UHGV virus genome: UHGV-0069791 | Source of the DNA: a virus | DNA length: 15,754 nucleotides | Direction: 5' to 3' (one strand) | Shown here: in pieces, positions 6,526-15,533 of the stretch | Layout: each line of letters starts with the position of its first letter | Position numbering within the stretch: position 1 is the stretch's first letter | Notes under the pieces: generated by a model | Databases searched by the model: none | What the model was told of the DNA's origin: nothing | The model's input: only the letters and a program-made list of their open reading frames with translations | Made by a program: the position numbers and the translations under genes

Positions 6526-8627
6526 TGCTGAATCAGGAAACCGCAAAGGCAGCACGAACCGATTCAGGTTATATCCTTCGCGCACCGAGACGAATGCGGG
6601 TTGCTGATGCCGTTGCTCAGTATATGCGGGTGCCCATGGGGGCAGGGAACTCAGTCCCGTGGGATCCGCTGGTGGCACCGTATGTTATTGAGCCGATGAA
6701 CTGCCTGGCCTCGCGTGAATACGACGCAGTGATATTTGTTGGCCCGGCACGAACCGGCAAGACTATCGGCCTGATTGACGGCTGGGTGATTTACAACGTG
6801 ATTTGCGATCCTGCTGATATGCTGATCATTCAGATGACGGAGGAAAAAGCCCGCGAACACTCCAAAAAACGACTCGCCAGAACGTTTCGCGTCAGCCCGG
6901 AAGTGGTCAGTCGCCTGAGTCCGAACAAAAATGACAACAACGTTTATGACAGAACATTCCTTGCTGGTAACTACCTGAAAATCGGCTGGCCGTCAGTCAA
7001 TATCATGTCCTCATCAGATTATAAATGCGTCGCGCTGACGGATTATGACCGTTTTCCGGAAGATATTGATGGCGAGGGGGATGCTTTCTCTCTTGCCTCA
7101 AAACGTACCACCACATTTATGTCCAGTGGTATGACGCTGGTGGAGAGTTCCCCCGGCAGGGATGTGAAGGATGTGAAATGGCGACGGACTTCACCGCATG
7201 AGGCTCCACCAACCACGGGGATCCTGTCGCTCTATAACCGTGGTGATCGCCGTCGCTGGTACTGGCCCTGTCCACACTGTGGTGAGTATTTTCAGCCCTG
7301 CGGCGATGTGGTTGCTGGTTTCCGTGATATTGCCGATCCCGTGCTGGCAAGTGAGGCGGCTTATATTCAGTGTCCTTCCTGTTCAGGACGGATTATGCCT
7401 GAACAAAAACGTGAGCTGAACGGACGTGGGGTCTGGTTGCGGGATGGTGAATCCATCAATGCGGATGGCAGTCGTTATGGTGATCCCCGACGCTCACGTA
7501 TTGCGTCATTCTGGATGGAGGGTCCGGCAGCTGCTTACCAGACACTCTCGCAACTCGTTTACAAACTGCTTACTGCAGAACAGGAATACGAGACAACCGG
7601 AAGTGAAGAAACACTCAAGACGGTTATCAATACCGACTGGGGATTACCTTATCTTCCCCGCGCCAGCATGGAGCAACGAAAAAGTGAACTGCTTGAGCAG
7701 CGGGCAGAGCCAGTTCCTTCCCGCAGTGTGCCGGATGGCGTTAATTTCCTTGTGGCGACAGTGGATGTGCAGGCGGGACGTCATCGCCGTTTTGTGGTTC
7801 AGGTAACGGGCTATGGCAGCCGTGGCGAACGCTGGATTATTGATCGTTACAACATCACGCAGTCATTGCGCGGTGACAGTGACGGGGAGAGCCAGCGAAT
7901 TGATCCGGCCAGCTATCCGGAAGACTGGGATGTCCTGCTGACGGATGTTTTTCATAAAAGCTGGCCGCTGGCCTCCGATCCTTCTCAACAAATGCGACTG
8001 ATGGCAATGGCGGTGGACTCCGGCGGTGAAGACGGGGTCACTGATAATGCCTATAAATTCTGGCGTCGTTGCCGTCGTGATGGCCTTGGTAAACGTATTT
8101 ACCTGTTTAAGGGCGACAGCATCCGGCGCGCAAAACTGATCACCCGTACATTCCCTGATAACACCGGACGAACGGGCCGACGGGCGCAGGCCGCAGGTGA
8201 TGTGCCGCTCTGGCTTCTTCAGACGGATGCACTGAAAGACCGGGTGAATAACGCGTTATGGCGTGACTCGCCAGGTCCCGGCTATGTGCATTTCCCTGAC
8301 TGGCTGGGGAGCTGGTTTTACGACGAACTGACGTATGAAGAGCGGAGCAGTGACGGGAAATGGAGTAAGCCGGGTCGCGGTGCCAACGAAGCTTTTGACC
8401 TGATGGTGTATGCCGAGGCTCTGGTCATTCTGCATGGATACGAAAAGATCCGCTGGCCGGATGCACCGGAGTGGGCGAGCCGGGAAACCTGGCTGGAGTG
8501 TGTCCAGGACAGTACCGAACCGTCATCCTCACCGGAACCGGTATCCACGCCTGTTAAAAAACAAAAACGGAAGAAAACAGTAACTGACGATGTTAACCCC
8601 TGGCTGACTTCCGGAGGATGGTTATGA
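6525..8627 (+). CDS. A: Terminase large subunit (lambda gpA family)
   Basis: 700 aa with Walker-A-like GPARTGKT and a CPHCGE zinc-ribbon motif (WYWPCPHCGEYF) as in lambda gpA. Translationally coupled to the Nu1-like and W genes. Confidence 0.95.
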   Translation: MLNQETAKAARTDSGYILRAPRRMRVADAVAQYMRVPMGAGNSVPWDPLVAPYVIEPMNCLASREYDAVIFVGPARTGKTIGLIDGWVIYNVICDPADMLIIQMTEEKAREHSKKRLARTFRVSPEVVSRLSPNKNDNNVYDRTFLAGNYLKIGWPSVNIMSSSDYKCVALTDYDRFPEDIDGEGDAFSLASKRTTTFMSSGMTLVESSPGRDVKDVKWRRTSPHEAPPTTGILSLYNRGDRRRWYWPCPHCGEYFQPCGDVVAGFRDIADPVLASEAAYIQCPSCSGRIMPEQKRELNGRGVWLRDGESINADGSRYGDPRRSRIASFWMEGPAAAYQTLSQLVYKLLTAEQEYETTGSEETLKTVINTDWGLPYLPRASMEQRKSELLEQRAEPVPSRSVPDGVNFLVATVDVQAGRHRRFVVQVTGYGSRGERWIIDRYNITQSLRGDSDGESQRIDPASYPEDWDVLLTDVFHKSWPLASDPSQQMRLMAMAVDSGGEDGVTDNAYKFWRRCRRDGLGKRIYLFKGDSIRRAKLITRTFPDNTGRTGRRAQAAGDVPLWLLQTDALKDRVNNALWRDSPGPGYVHFPDWLGSWFYDELTYEERSSDGKWSKPGRGANEAFDLMVYAEALVILHGYEKIRWPDAPEWASRETWLECVQDSTEPSSSPEPVSTPVKKQKRKKTVTDDVNPWLTSGGWL

Positions 8628-8836
8628 ACCAGAATGATATCGAAGCCATGATTCAGCGTTATATGGAAGCTGAAATGGCGGTGCTGGACGGAAAATCCGT
8701 CACCTTTAATGGTCAGCAGATGACCATGGAAAACTTATCTGAGATCCGGCAGGGACGGCAGGAGTGGGAGCGCCGCCTTGCGGCTCTGATTACACGACGA
8801 CGGGGGCATCCCGGGTACCGGCTGGCGAGGTTCTGA
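8624..8836 (+). CDS. W: Head-tail joining protein (lambda gpW-like)
   Basis: About 70 aa with a conserved C-terminal RRRG motif and a lambda W-like pattern. ATG at 8624 overlaps the terminase stop (ATGA) with GGAGG 6 nt upstream; the ATG at 8618 is an alternative. Confidence 0.75.
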   Translation: MNQNDIEAMIQRYMEAEMAVLDGKSVTFNGQQMTMENLSEIRQGRQEWERRLAALITRRRGHPGYRLARF

Positions 8837-10344
8837 TGGCAATTCTTGATGATGTGATTGGCGTTTTTTCACCTGGATGGAAAGCGGCAAGGCTGCGTTC
8901 CCGTGCGGTGATCCAGGCTTATGAAGCCGTAAAAACGACGCGGACACACAAAGCCCGACGGGAGAACCGAACTGCCGACCAGCTAAGCCAGTACGGGGCC
9001 GTGTCGTTACGTGAGCAGGCCCGTTACCTTGATAACAACCACGATCTGGTTATTGGTGTATTTGACAAGCTGGAAGAACGGGTGGTGGGGAAAAACGGGA
9101 TTATTGTCGAGCCACATCCGGTATTACGCAATGGGGCCATTGCCCGTGATCTGGCAGCGGAGATTCGCACCCGATGGAGTGAATGGTCTGTCAGCCCGGA
9201 AGTCACCGGGCAGTTTACCCGTCCGATGCTGGAACGTCTGATGCTGCGTACCTGGCTGCGCGATGGTGAGGTGTTTGCCCAGATGGTTTCCGGGCGCATA
9301 AACAGCCTGACGCCTTCTGCCGGTGTTCATTTCTGGCTGGAGGCGCTCGAGCCAGACTTTATTCCCATGACCAGTGATGAGAGCAACAGGCTGAATCAGG
9401 GCGTGTTTGTTGATGACTGGGGGCGTCCCGAAAAATATCTGGTGTATAAAAGCCGTCCCGTATCCGGACGGCAGATGGAAACCAAAGAAGTGGATGCAGA
9501 GCGAATGCTGCATCTTAAATTTGTTCGCCGTCTGCACCAGATACGCGGGACGTCTTTGTTGTCCGGTGTGCTGATCCGCCTCAGTGCCCTGAAAGATTAT
9601 GAAGATTATGAGCTGACTGCAGCAAGGATCGCCGCTGCTCTGGGGATGTACATCCGCAAAGGCGACGGGCAGAGCTATGAACCGGATGGTAATGGCAGCA
9701 AGGATAAGGAACGCGAGCTTACCATTCAGCCAGGCATTATTTACGACGATCTGAAACCCGGCGAAGAAATCGGAATGGTGAAGTCGGATCGCCCCAATCC
9801 TAACCTTGAAACTTTTCGTAATGGTCAGTTGCGTGCCGTGGCGGCGGGCAGTCGTCTGAGTTTTTCCAGTACAGCGCGCAACTATAACGGCACTTACAGC
9901 GCCCAGCGTCAGGAGCTGGTTGAATCTACTGATGGCTACCTGATCCTGCAGGACTGGTTTATTGGTGCCGTCACCCGCCCGATGTATCGTGCCTGGCTGA
10001 AACAGGCTGTGGCATCCGGTGTTATCAGGCTACCCCGCGATCTTGACCGTTCTTCACTGTATACCGCGGTGTATTCCGGACCAGTGATGCCGTGGATTGA
10101 CCCTGTTAAGGAGGCTGAGGCCTGGAAAATCCAGATTCGTGGTGGAGCGGCGACAGAATCAGACTGGGTACGTGCTGGTGGTCGTAATCCGGATGATGTC
10201 AAACGTCGGCGCAAGGCCGAAATTGATGAAAACCGCAAGCTGGATCTGGTATTTGATACCGATCCGGCCAGTGATAAAGGAGGCAGCAGTGCCGCAACGA
10301 AACGACAGGAGCCGCAGCACACCGACGACCAGTCCGAAGAATAA
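8836..10344 (+). CDS. B: Portal protein (lambda gpB family)
   Basis: 502 aa, placed between W and the protease as in lambda. Start ATG overlaps the W stop (TGATG). The upstream track extension from 8764 is rejected. Confidence 0.9.
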   Translation: MAILDDVIGVFSPGWKAARLRSRAVIQAYEAVKTTRTHKARRENRTADQLSQYGAVSLREQARYLDNNHDLVIGVFDKLEERVVGKNGIIVEPHPVLRNGAIARDLAAEIRTRWSEWSVSPEVTGQFTRPMLERLMLRTWLRDGEVFAQMVSGRINSLTPSAGVHFWLEALEPDFIPMTSDESNRLNQGVFVDDWGRPEKYLVYKSRPVSGRQMETKEVDAERMLHLKFVRRLHQIRGTSLLSGVLIRLSALKDYEDYELTAARIAAALGMYIRKGDGQSYEPDGNGSKDKERELTIQPGIIYDDLKPGEEIGMVKSDRPNPNLETFRNGQLRAVAAGSRLSFSSTARNYNGTYSAQRQELVESTDGYLILQDWFIGAVTRPMYRAWLKQAVASGVIRLPRDLDRSSLYTAVYSGPVMPWIDPVKEAEAWKIQIRGGAATESDWVRAGGRNPDDVKRRRKAEIDENRKLDLVFDTDPASDKGGSSAATKRQEPQHTDDQSEE

Positions 10345-10357
10345 TTCCTGGTTCAGG

Positions 10358-12316
10358 ATGCAGGCTGGTCACCAGAGTGACGCGGATATTTATATTTATG
10401 ACGAGATTGGTTTCTGGGGTGTTACAGCGAAGCAGTTTATCAGTGATCTGAATGCACTGGGCGATATCACCCACATTAATCTCCATATCAATTCACCGGG
10501 TGGCGATGTCTTTGAAGGCATCGCCATTTTTAATGCGCTGAAAACACATGGTGCGTCCATTACCGTTTATGTCGACGGTGTGGCGGCGTCAATGGCGTCG
10601 GTCATTGCGATGGTGGGAAACCCGGTCATTATGCCGGAAAACACCTTCATGATGATTCATAAACCATTTGGCTTTACGGGCGGTGATGCGGAGGACATGC
10701 GCACCTATGCCGACCTGCTCGATAAGGTTGAGGCGGTTCTGTTACCCGCTTATGCACAGAAAACCGGGAAAACCACCGATGAAATTGCTGCCATGCTGGC
10801 GGATGAGACCTGGATGTCCGGTGCCGAATGTCTGGCACATGGATTTGCTGATCAGGTGACGCCAGCCGTTAAGGCAATGGCATGTATTCAGTCAAAACGT
10901 ACAGAGGAATTTAAAAAGATGCCGGAATCCATTCGAAACATGATTACTCCGCCACGCAACAGTGCTCCACGCGTACAGGATGATGAACCTGCAGCCTCCC
11001 GGACGCCAGTGCAGGCAGCAGCACCCGTGGTGGATGAAAACAGTATCCGTGCGCAGGTACTGGCAGAGCAAAAAGCGCGTGTAAACGGTATTAATGATCT
11101 GTTTGCCATGTTTGGCGGGCGTTATCAGACGCTGCAGGCTCAGTGTCTTGCCGATCCTGAATGTTCGCTGGAGCAGGCCCGCGAAAAGCTGTTGAACGAG
11201 ATGGGGCGCGAGTCCACGCCATCCAATAAAAATACACCGGCTCATATTTATGCCGGTAACGGTAATTTTGTGGGGGACGGGATCCGCCAGGCGCTGATGG
11301 CGCGTGCCGGATTTGAAAAAACCGAACGTGATAATGTCTACAACGGGATGACCCTGCGTGAATATGCCCGTATGTCACTGACTGAACGGGGTATTGGGGT
11401 TTCCAGTTATAACCCGATGCAGATGGTCGGTGCGGCGTTCACACACAGTACGTCTGACTTCGGTAATATTCTGCTGGATGTTGCGAACAAAGCCATTCTG
11501 CAGGGCTGGGAAGATGCTCCTGAAACCTATGAACAGTGGACGCGGAAAGGTCAGTTGTCTGATTTTAAAATTGCCCATCGTGTGGGTATGGGGGGCTTCA
11601 GTGCTCTGCGTCAGGTGCGTGAAGGGGCGGAATATAAATACGTCACCACCGGAGATAAACAGGCCACTATTGCACTGGCGACCTATGGCGAGCTGTTCAG
11701 TATCACCCGTCAGGCCATTATCAATGATGATCTGAATATGCTGACCGATGTCCCGATGAAACTGGGCCGTGCGGCGAAATCCACTATTGCCGATCTGGTT
11801 TATGCCATTCTGACGTCTAACCCGAAAATCTCCACAGATAATGTAAGTCTGTTCGATAAAGCGAAACATGCAAACGTACTGGAGAGCGCTGCAATGGACG
11901 TGGCATCGCTGGATAAAGCCCGCCAGTTGATGCGCGTTCAGAAAGAGGGGGAGCGTCATCTGAATATTCGTCCTGCGTTCGTACTGGTACCGACGGCGAT
12001 GGAGTCTGTTGCTAACCAGGTCATTCGCTCCTCAAGTGTCAAGGGGGCTGACATTAACGCCGGTATTATTAACCCGGTGAAAGATTTTGCGACCGTTATT
12101 GCAGAGCCTCGTCTTGATGATAACAGCCAGACCACCTTCTACCTGGCTGCGTCAAAAGGCTCCGATACGATTGAAGTGGCTTATCTCAACGGTGTGGATA
12201 CGCCATATATTGATCAGATGGAGGGCTTCAGTGTGGATGGCGTGACAACGAAAGTGCGTATTGACGCCGGTGTCGCGCCAGTTGATCACCGCGGTCTGGT
12301 GAAATGTACGGCGTAA
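10358..12316 (+). CDS. Fused prohead protease (ClpP-like, S14) / scaffold-like linker / major capsid protein
   Basis: The N-terminal domain has the ClpP-type signature (INSPGGDV, GVAASMAS). The C-terminal ~350 aa look like a major capsid protein. A single uninterrupted ORF of ~652 aa from ATG 10358, just after the portal stop. Confidence 0.85.
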   Translation: MQAGHQSDADIYIYDEIGFWGVTAKQFISDLNALGDITHINLHINSPGGDVFEGIAIFNALKTHGASITVYVDGVAASMASVIAMVGNPVIMPENTFMMIHKPFGFTGGDAEDMRTYADLLDKVEAVLLPAYAQKTGKTTDEIAAMLADETWMSGAECLAHGFADQVTPAVKAMACIQSKRTEEFKKMPESIRNMITPPRNSAPRVQDDEPAASRTPVQAAAPVVDENSIRAQVLAEQKARVNGINDLFAMFGGRYQTLQAQCLADPECSLEQAREKLLNEMGRESTPSNKNTPAHIYAGNGNFVGDGIRQALMARAGFEKTERDNVYNGMTLREYARMSLTERGIGVSSYNPMQMVGAAFTHSTSDFGNILLDVANKAILQGWEDAPETYEQWTRKGQLSDFKIAHRVGMGGFSALRQVREGAEYKYVTTGDKQATIALATYGELFSITRQAIINDDLNMLTDVPMKLGRAAKSTIADLVYAILTSNPKISTDNVSLFDKAKHANVLESAAMDVASLDKARQLMRVQKEGERHLNIRPAFVLVPTAMESVANQVIRSSSVKGADINAGIINPVKDFATVIAEPRLDDNSQTTFYLAASKGSDTIEVAYLNGVDTPYIDQMEGFSVDGVTTKVRIDAGVAPVDHRGLVKCTA

Positions 12317-12339
12317 ACGTCGCAGATAACAACTCTGAT

Positions 12340-12359
12340 GGCCCGTAAGGGCTTTTTTT
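12340..12359 (+). terminator. Intrinsic terminator-like hairpin immediately after the capsid gene
   Basis: GGCCC-GTAA-GGGC(T) stem-loop followed by TTTTTTT. Confidence 0.5.
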
Positions 12360-12402
12360 GTACCTGAAATCAGCCCCTGAACGGGGCTGTGCGGAGACAG
12401 TT

Positions 12403-12726
12403 ATGGCAAAGAATTTTGTAGAAGAAGGAAAAACGGTGGCGATTGTTGCCAGTGCAGCCATCAGCAGCGGAGATCTGGTGCAGGTGGGTGATGTTTTTGC
12501 GGTGGCGCTGACCGATATTCCACAGGGTGAAACAGGCGACGGCATGACCGAAGGTGTGTTTATGCTGCCTAAGCTGAAAACGGATGATATGAAAACGGGT
12601 AAGAAGGTTTATCTGAAGTCCGGAAAAGTTCAGCTGACTAACAGCGGCTCTGATCCGCTGGTCGGGGTTGTCTGGGCAGATGCCGGAACCAGTGCAGAAG
12701 AAGTGCCGGTAAAACTCAATGTCTGA
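12403..12726 (+). CDS. Small head-associated protein (possibly DUF2190-like)
   Basis: 107 aa from ATG 12403 (GGAG Shine-Dalgarno 6 nt upstream). Sits between the capsid and head-completion genes. Family assignment is from memory of gene-neighbourhood patterns, not verified. Confidence 0.65.
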   Translation: MAKNFVEEGKTVAIVASAAISSGDLVQVGDVFAVALTDIPQGETGDGMTEGVFMLPKLKTDDMKTGKKVYLKSGKVQLTNSGSDPLVGVVWADAGTSAEEVPVKLNV

Positions 12727-12994
12727 TCCCTTTTCCCGGCTGGCAGCGCGTATGGATGCGATCACGGTCAGAAAGATGGGAAAGACAGCCTCGATTAATG
12801 ATGTCGATATGACTGTGATCCCGGGAGAAACACTGGCAGAGCTGAATGCTCTGTCCGGACCTGCGGTCTCTCTGGTGGTGTTTTCTTCGGGATACCGCCC
12901 ACGGCGCGGGGATCGCGTTGTTTATGACGGACAACAATGGACGGTCACACGGCATGAACGCTTTAACGGTAAACCAATGATCTTTATTGAGTAA
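12719..12994 (+). CDS. Head completion / head-tail connector protein (lambda gpFII-like)
   Basis: 91 aa. The N-terminus (MSDPFSRLAARMDAITVRKMG) and an RRGD motif resemble lambda FII (MADFDNLFDAAIARADETIRGYMG...LRRGD). Start overlaps the stop of the upstream gene. Confidence 0.7.
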   Translation: MSDPFSRLAARMDAITVRKMGKTASINDVDMTVIPGETLAELNALSGPAVSLVVFSSGYRPRRGDRVVYDGQQWTVTRHERFNGKPMIFIE

Positions 12995-13005
12995 AGAGGT
13001 GTGGG

Positions 13006-13596
13006 ATGAAGGGGCTTGAGAATGCCATCCGCAATCTGAACAGCCTTGATACCCGTATGGTGCCACAGGCCAGCGCATGGGCGATAAACCGTGTGGCACA
13101 GAAAGCGGTCTCGGTTGCCACCCGGAAGGTTGCCGGGAATACCGTTGCGGGAGATAACCAGGTGAAAGGGATCCCCCTGAAACTGGTACGTCAGCGTGTC
13201 CGGGTGTTTAAAGCCAGTCCGTCAGGAAAAATGACGGCCAGGATCCGCGTTAACCGGGGCAATCTGCCCGCCATCAAACTGAACACAACACGGCGGCGTG
13301 CTGGTGAAGGACTGAGAGTGGGAAAATACTTTTTCCGGGGGGCATTTGTTCAGCAACTGGCGAATGGCCGCTGGCATGTTCTGAGGCGTCTTCCTGAAGC
13401 GCGTTTTGCAACAGGGCATGACCATCAGGGCAGGCCAAGAAAAAATCGTCTTCCTGTGGAGGTAGTGAAAATCCCGCTGTCCGGACCGCTGACACAGGCA
13501 TTTGAAGATGCCCGCGACCGCATCATTGCTGCGGAAATGCCGAAACAGCTGGGGTATGCACTGAAACAACAACTGAGATTATGGCTGACCCGATGA
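13006..13596 (+). CDS. Z: Minor tail protein Z (lambda gpZ-like)
   Basis: 196 aa; strong resemblance to lambda gpZ (MKGLENAIRNL..., NGRWHV, VVKIP, KQLGYALKQQLR). Confidence 0.85.
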   Translation: MKGLENAIRNLNSLDTRMVPQASAWAINRVAQKAVSVATRKVAGNTVAGDNQVKGIPLKLVRQRVRVFKASPSGKMTARIRVNRGNLPAIKLNTTRRRAGEGLRVGKYFFRGAFVQQLANGRWHVLRRLPEARFATGHDHQGRPRKNRLPVEVVKIPLSGPLTQAFEDARDRIIAAEMPKQLGYALKQQLRLWLTR

Positions 13597-13994
13597 ACCG
13601 ACATACACAAATCCGCCAGGTCGTACTGGCACGCCTTCGGGAACAGTGTGGAGACAGCGCCACGTTTTTTGACGGGCTTCCGGCATTTATTGATGCGCAG
13701 GAACTGCCTGCCGTGGCGGTGTGGCTGAGTGATGCTCAGTACACCGGAAAAATGACGGATGAAGATGACTGGCAGGCTGTTCTGCATATTGCTGTCTTCA
13801 TCCGGGCACAGGCACCGGATTCAGAGCTGGATATGTGGATGGAGAGCACCATTTTCCCGGCCCTGAATGATGTACCGGCACTTTCCGGACTCATCGACAC
13901 CCTGATCCCACTCGGTTTTAACTATCAACGTGATAATGAGATGGCCACCTGGGCGATGGCGGAAATCACGTACCAGATCACGTACACGAATTAA
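13593..13994 (+). CDS. U: Tail terminator protein U (lambda gpU-like)
   Basis: Resembles lambda gpU (ATFFDG, FPAVAV, DSELD.WMES, PALS.LI...ITY). ATG at 13593 overlaps the Z stop (ATGA); an in-frame ATG at 13581 is an alternative start. Confidence 0.85.
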   Translation: MNRHTQIRQVVLARLREQCGDSATFFDGLPAFIDAQELPAVAVWLSDAQYTGKMTDEDDWQAVLHIAVFIRAQAPDSELDMWMESTIFPALNDVPALSGLIDTLIPLGFNYQRDNEMATWAMAEITYQITYTN

Positions 13995-14004
13995 GGAGGT
14001 GGTA

Positions 14005-14748
14005 ATGACCACACCAAATCCACTGGCAAAGACGAAAGGTGCGGGGACGACGTTCTGGATGTATACCGGCAACGGCGATGCGTTTGCGAACCCTTTGTCG
14101 GACACTGACTGGCTGCGTCTTGCGATGGTGAAGGATCTGCAACCTGGCGAAATGACCGCTGATGCAGAAGATGACACTTATCTCGATGATGAAGATGCAG
14201 ACTGGAAAACGACAACCCAGGGGCAGAAATCCGTTGGTGATACTTCGGCGACGCTGGCCTGGCGTCCGGGTGACAGCGGGCAGAAAAAACTGGTTCAGTT
14301 GTTCGACTCCGGTGAAGTCTGCGCGTTTCGTATCAAATATCCCAACGGCACTGTTGATGTTTTCCGTGGCTGGCTGAGCTCACTGGGTAAAACCATTGCC
14401 TCAAAAGACGTGATGACCCGCACTGTGAAAATCAGCGGTGTGGGGCGTCCGTATCTGGCAGAGGAAGGCACTGAAACCGTGAGCGTTACCGGGCTGACAG
14501 TATCACCGGCGTCTGCCAGTGTAAAAGTGGGAGCAACCACCACGCTGACCTTTACAGTAAAACCTGACGGAGCCAGTGACAAAGCGATCAGTGTGCATTC
14601 GTCAGATCCACAGACTGCCACGGTTACCCTGAACGGACTTGTGGCCACGGTAAAAGGCGTGAAGCAGGGCAGTGTCAGCATTGTGGGCATGACCGCTGAC
14701 GGGAATTTTGTGGCTGTGACTGCGGTGACTGTCAGCGCAGCAGGTTAA
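14005..14748 (+). CDS. V: Major tail protein V (lambda gpV-like) with C-terminal Ig-like domain
   Basis: Near-collinear with lambda gpV (PNP...KGAGTT.W.Y.G.GD..ANPLSD.DW.RLA.VKDL.PGE.TA...DD.YLDDEDADW, YPNGTVDVFRGW). AAGGAGG Shine-Dalgarno before ATG 14005. The C-terminal Thr/Val-rich Ig-like region matches lambda V. Confidence 0.95.
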   Translation: MTTPNPLAKTKGAGTTFWMYTGNGDAFANPLSDTDWLRLAMVKDLQPGEMTADAEDDTYLDDEDADWKTTTQGQKSVGDTSATLAWRPGDSGQKKLVQLFDSGEVCAFRIKYPNGTVDVFRGWLSSLGKTIASKDVMTRTVKISGVGRPYLAEEGTETVSVTGLTVSPASASVKVGATTTLTFTVKPDGASDKAISVHSSDPQTATVTLNGLVATVKGVKQGSVSIVGMTADGNFVAVTAVTVSAAG

Positions 14749-14768
14749 CAGGACGATACTCATCATTT

Positions 14769-14792
14769 GCCCCGGTTATGCGGGGCTTTTTT
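14769..14792 (+). terminator. Intrinsic terminator-like hairpin after the major tail gene
   Basis: GCCCCG-GTTATG-CGGGGC perfect 6-bp stem followed by TTTTTT, located between the V stop and the G start. Confidence 0.55.
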
Positions 14793-14805
14793 GCAGGTGG
14801 AGAAC

Positions 14806-15195
14806 ATGATGTTTCTGAAACAGGACACGTTTAATTATGAAAAACAGTCCGTGGTGCTCAGTGAGCTGTCCGGGCTGCAGAGAATTGAATATCTGACGTT
14901 TGTTCAGCAGCGAACGGCAAAGTTTGATGCCGGGGAGGGAGAACTGCCGGAGGCTGAACGACAGATTGCTTTTCTGCGGATGGGGATGGATATCAATGCC
15001 TGGCTGGTTTCCCGCTCACTGTGGAATGCGGATCAGTCTAAGGATGTAGAGACGCTTTGCGCATCCGTTATTACAACATGGTCGTATGATGCCCTGGGTG
15101 CGGGGGCGGAGATGGTTCTGTCGCTGAGCGGTATGGGGGCCATTGATAATGCCGTGGATGATGAGCATGAGGCGCTGACGCCGGAAAAGTCCTGA
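14806..15195 (+). CDS. G: Tail assembly chaperone G (lambda gpG-like)
   Basis: MMFLKQDTFNYEKQSVVLSELSGLQRIEYL resembles the lambda gpG N-terminus (MFLKTESFEHNGVTVTLSELSALQRIEHL). GGTGGAG Shine-Dalgarno before ATG 14806. The track start at 14767 would overlap the terminator and is rejected. Confidence 0.85.
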   Translation: MMFLKQDTFNYEKQSVVLSELSGLQRIEYLTFVQQRTAKFDAGEGELPEAERQIAFLRMGMDINAWLVSRSLWNADQSKDVETLCASVITTWSYDALGAGAEMVLSLSGMGAIDNAVDDEHEALTPEKS

Positions 15196-15203
15196 CGCGG
15201 GAA

Positions 15204-15533
15204 ATGCAGTTTGTCATGCGGCTTGCCCGGGAGTTCCGGCGGGCAGACTGGCGGCGGATGCTGTCGGAAATGTCGGCCACTGAGCTTGGTGAGTGGGGCG
15301 ATTATTTCCGGATGCAGAGCTTCAGTGATGTGTGGATGGATGCGCAGTTTGCCTCGCTGAAGGCATTGATCGTGAGAATGGTGTCCGGCAGCAGTGATGC
15401 TGCGGTGGCTGATTTCAGCCTTTTACCGGAAGAGAACGGGATACCGGAGCGAACGGACGAAGAACTGATGCATCTTGGGGAAGGTATTTCCGGAGGTGTG
15501 CGTTATGGACCAGATAGCCAACCTGGTCATTGA
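15204..15533 (+). CDS. T: T segment of the G-T tail assembly chaperone (expressed by -1 frameshift from G)
   Basis: The ORF lies in the -1 frame relative to G and is open from 15171, overlapping the last 25 nt of G. This is the lambda G/GT arrangement. The first ATG at 15204 is only the ORF-track start, not necessarily an initiation site. Confidence 0.7.
   Translation: MQFVMRLAREFRRADWRRMLSEMSATELGEWGDYFRMQSFSDVWMDAQFASLKALIVRMVSGSSDAAVADFSLLPEENGIPERTDEELMHLGEGISGGVRYGPDSQPGH

Noticed and set aside
6215-7806. Alternative-frame ORFs inside the terminase genes (6215..6424, 6651..6860 -, 7117..7350 -, 7198..7419, 7426..7806)
   Set aside because: All are nested within well-supported Nu1-like/gpA-like coding sequence in other frames or on the other strand; no independent support.
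10097-10357. N-terminal extension of the protease/capsid ORF, overlapping the portal 3' end
   Set aside because: Overlaps 250 nt of the portal gene in another frame; the ClpP-like domain begins right after ATG 10358, just downstream of the portal stop.
8735-10486. Alternative-frame and antisense ORFs inside gpW and the portal gene (8735..8947 -, 9011..9241, 9024..9299 -, 9124..9537 -, 9936..10322 -, 10199..10486 -)
   Set aside because: Nested in the portal or protease coding regions; biased composition typical of shadow ORFs in GC-rich coding DNA.
11375-11959. 194-aa ORF on the minus strand
   Set aside because: Antisense to the capsid domain of the protease/capsid gene; Cys/His/Arg-rich, non-protein-like composition.
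13930-14004. N-terminal extension of gpV (MIMRWPPGRWRK...)
   Set aside because: Overlaps the end of U; a strong AAGGAGG Shine-Dalgarno precedes ATG 14005, and lambda gpV homology begins there.
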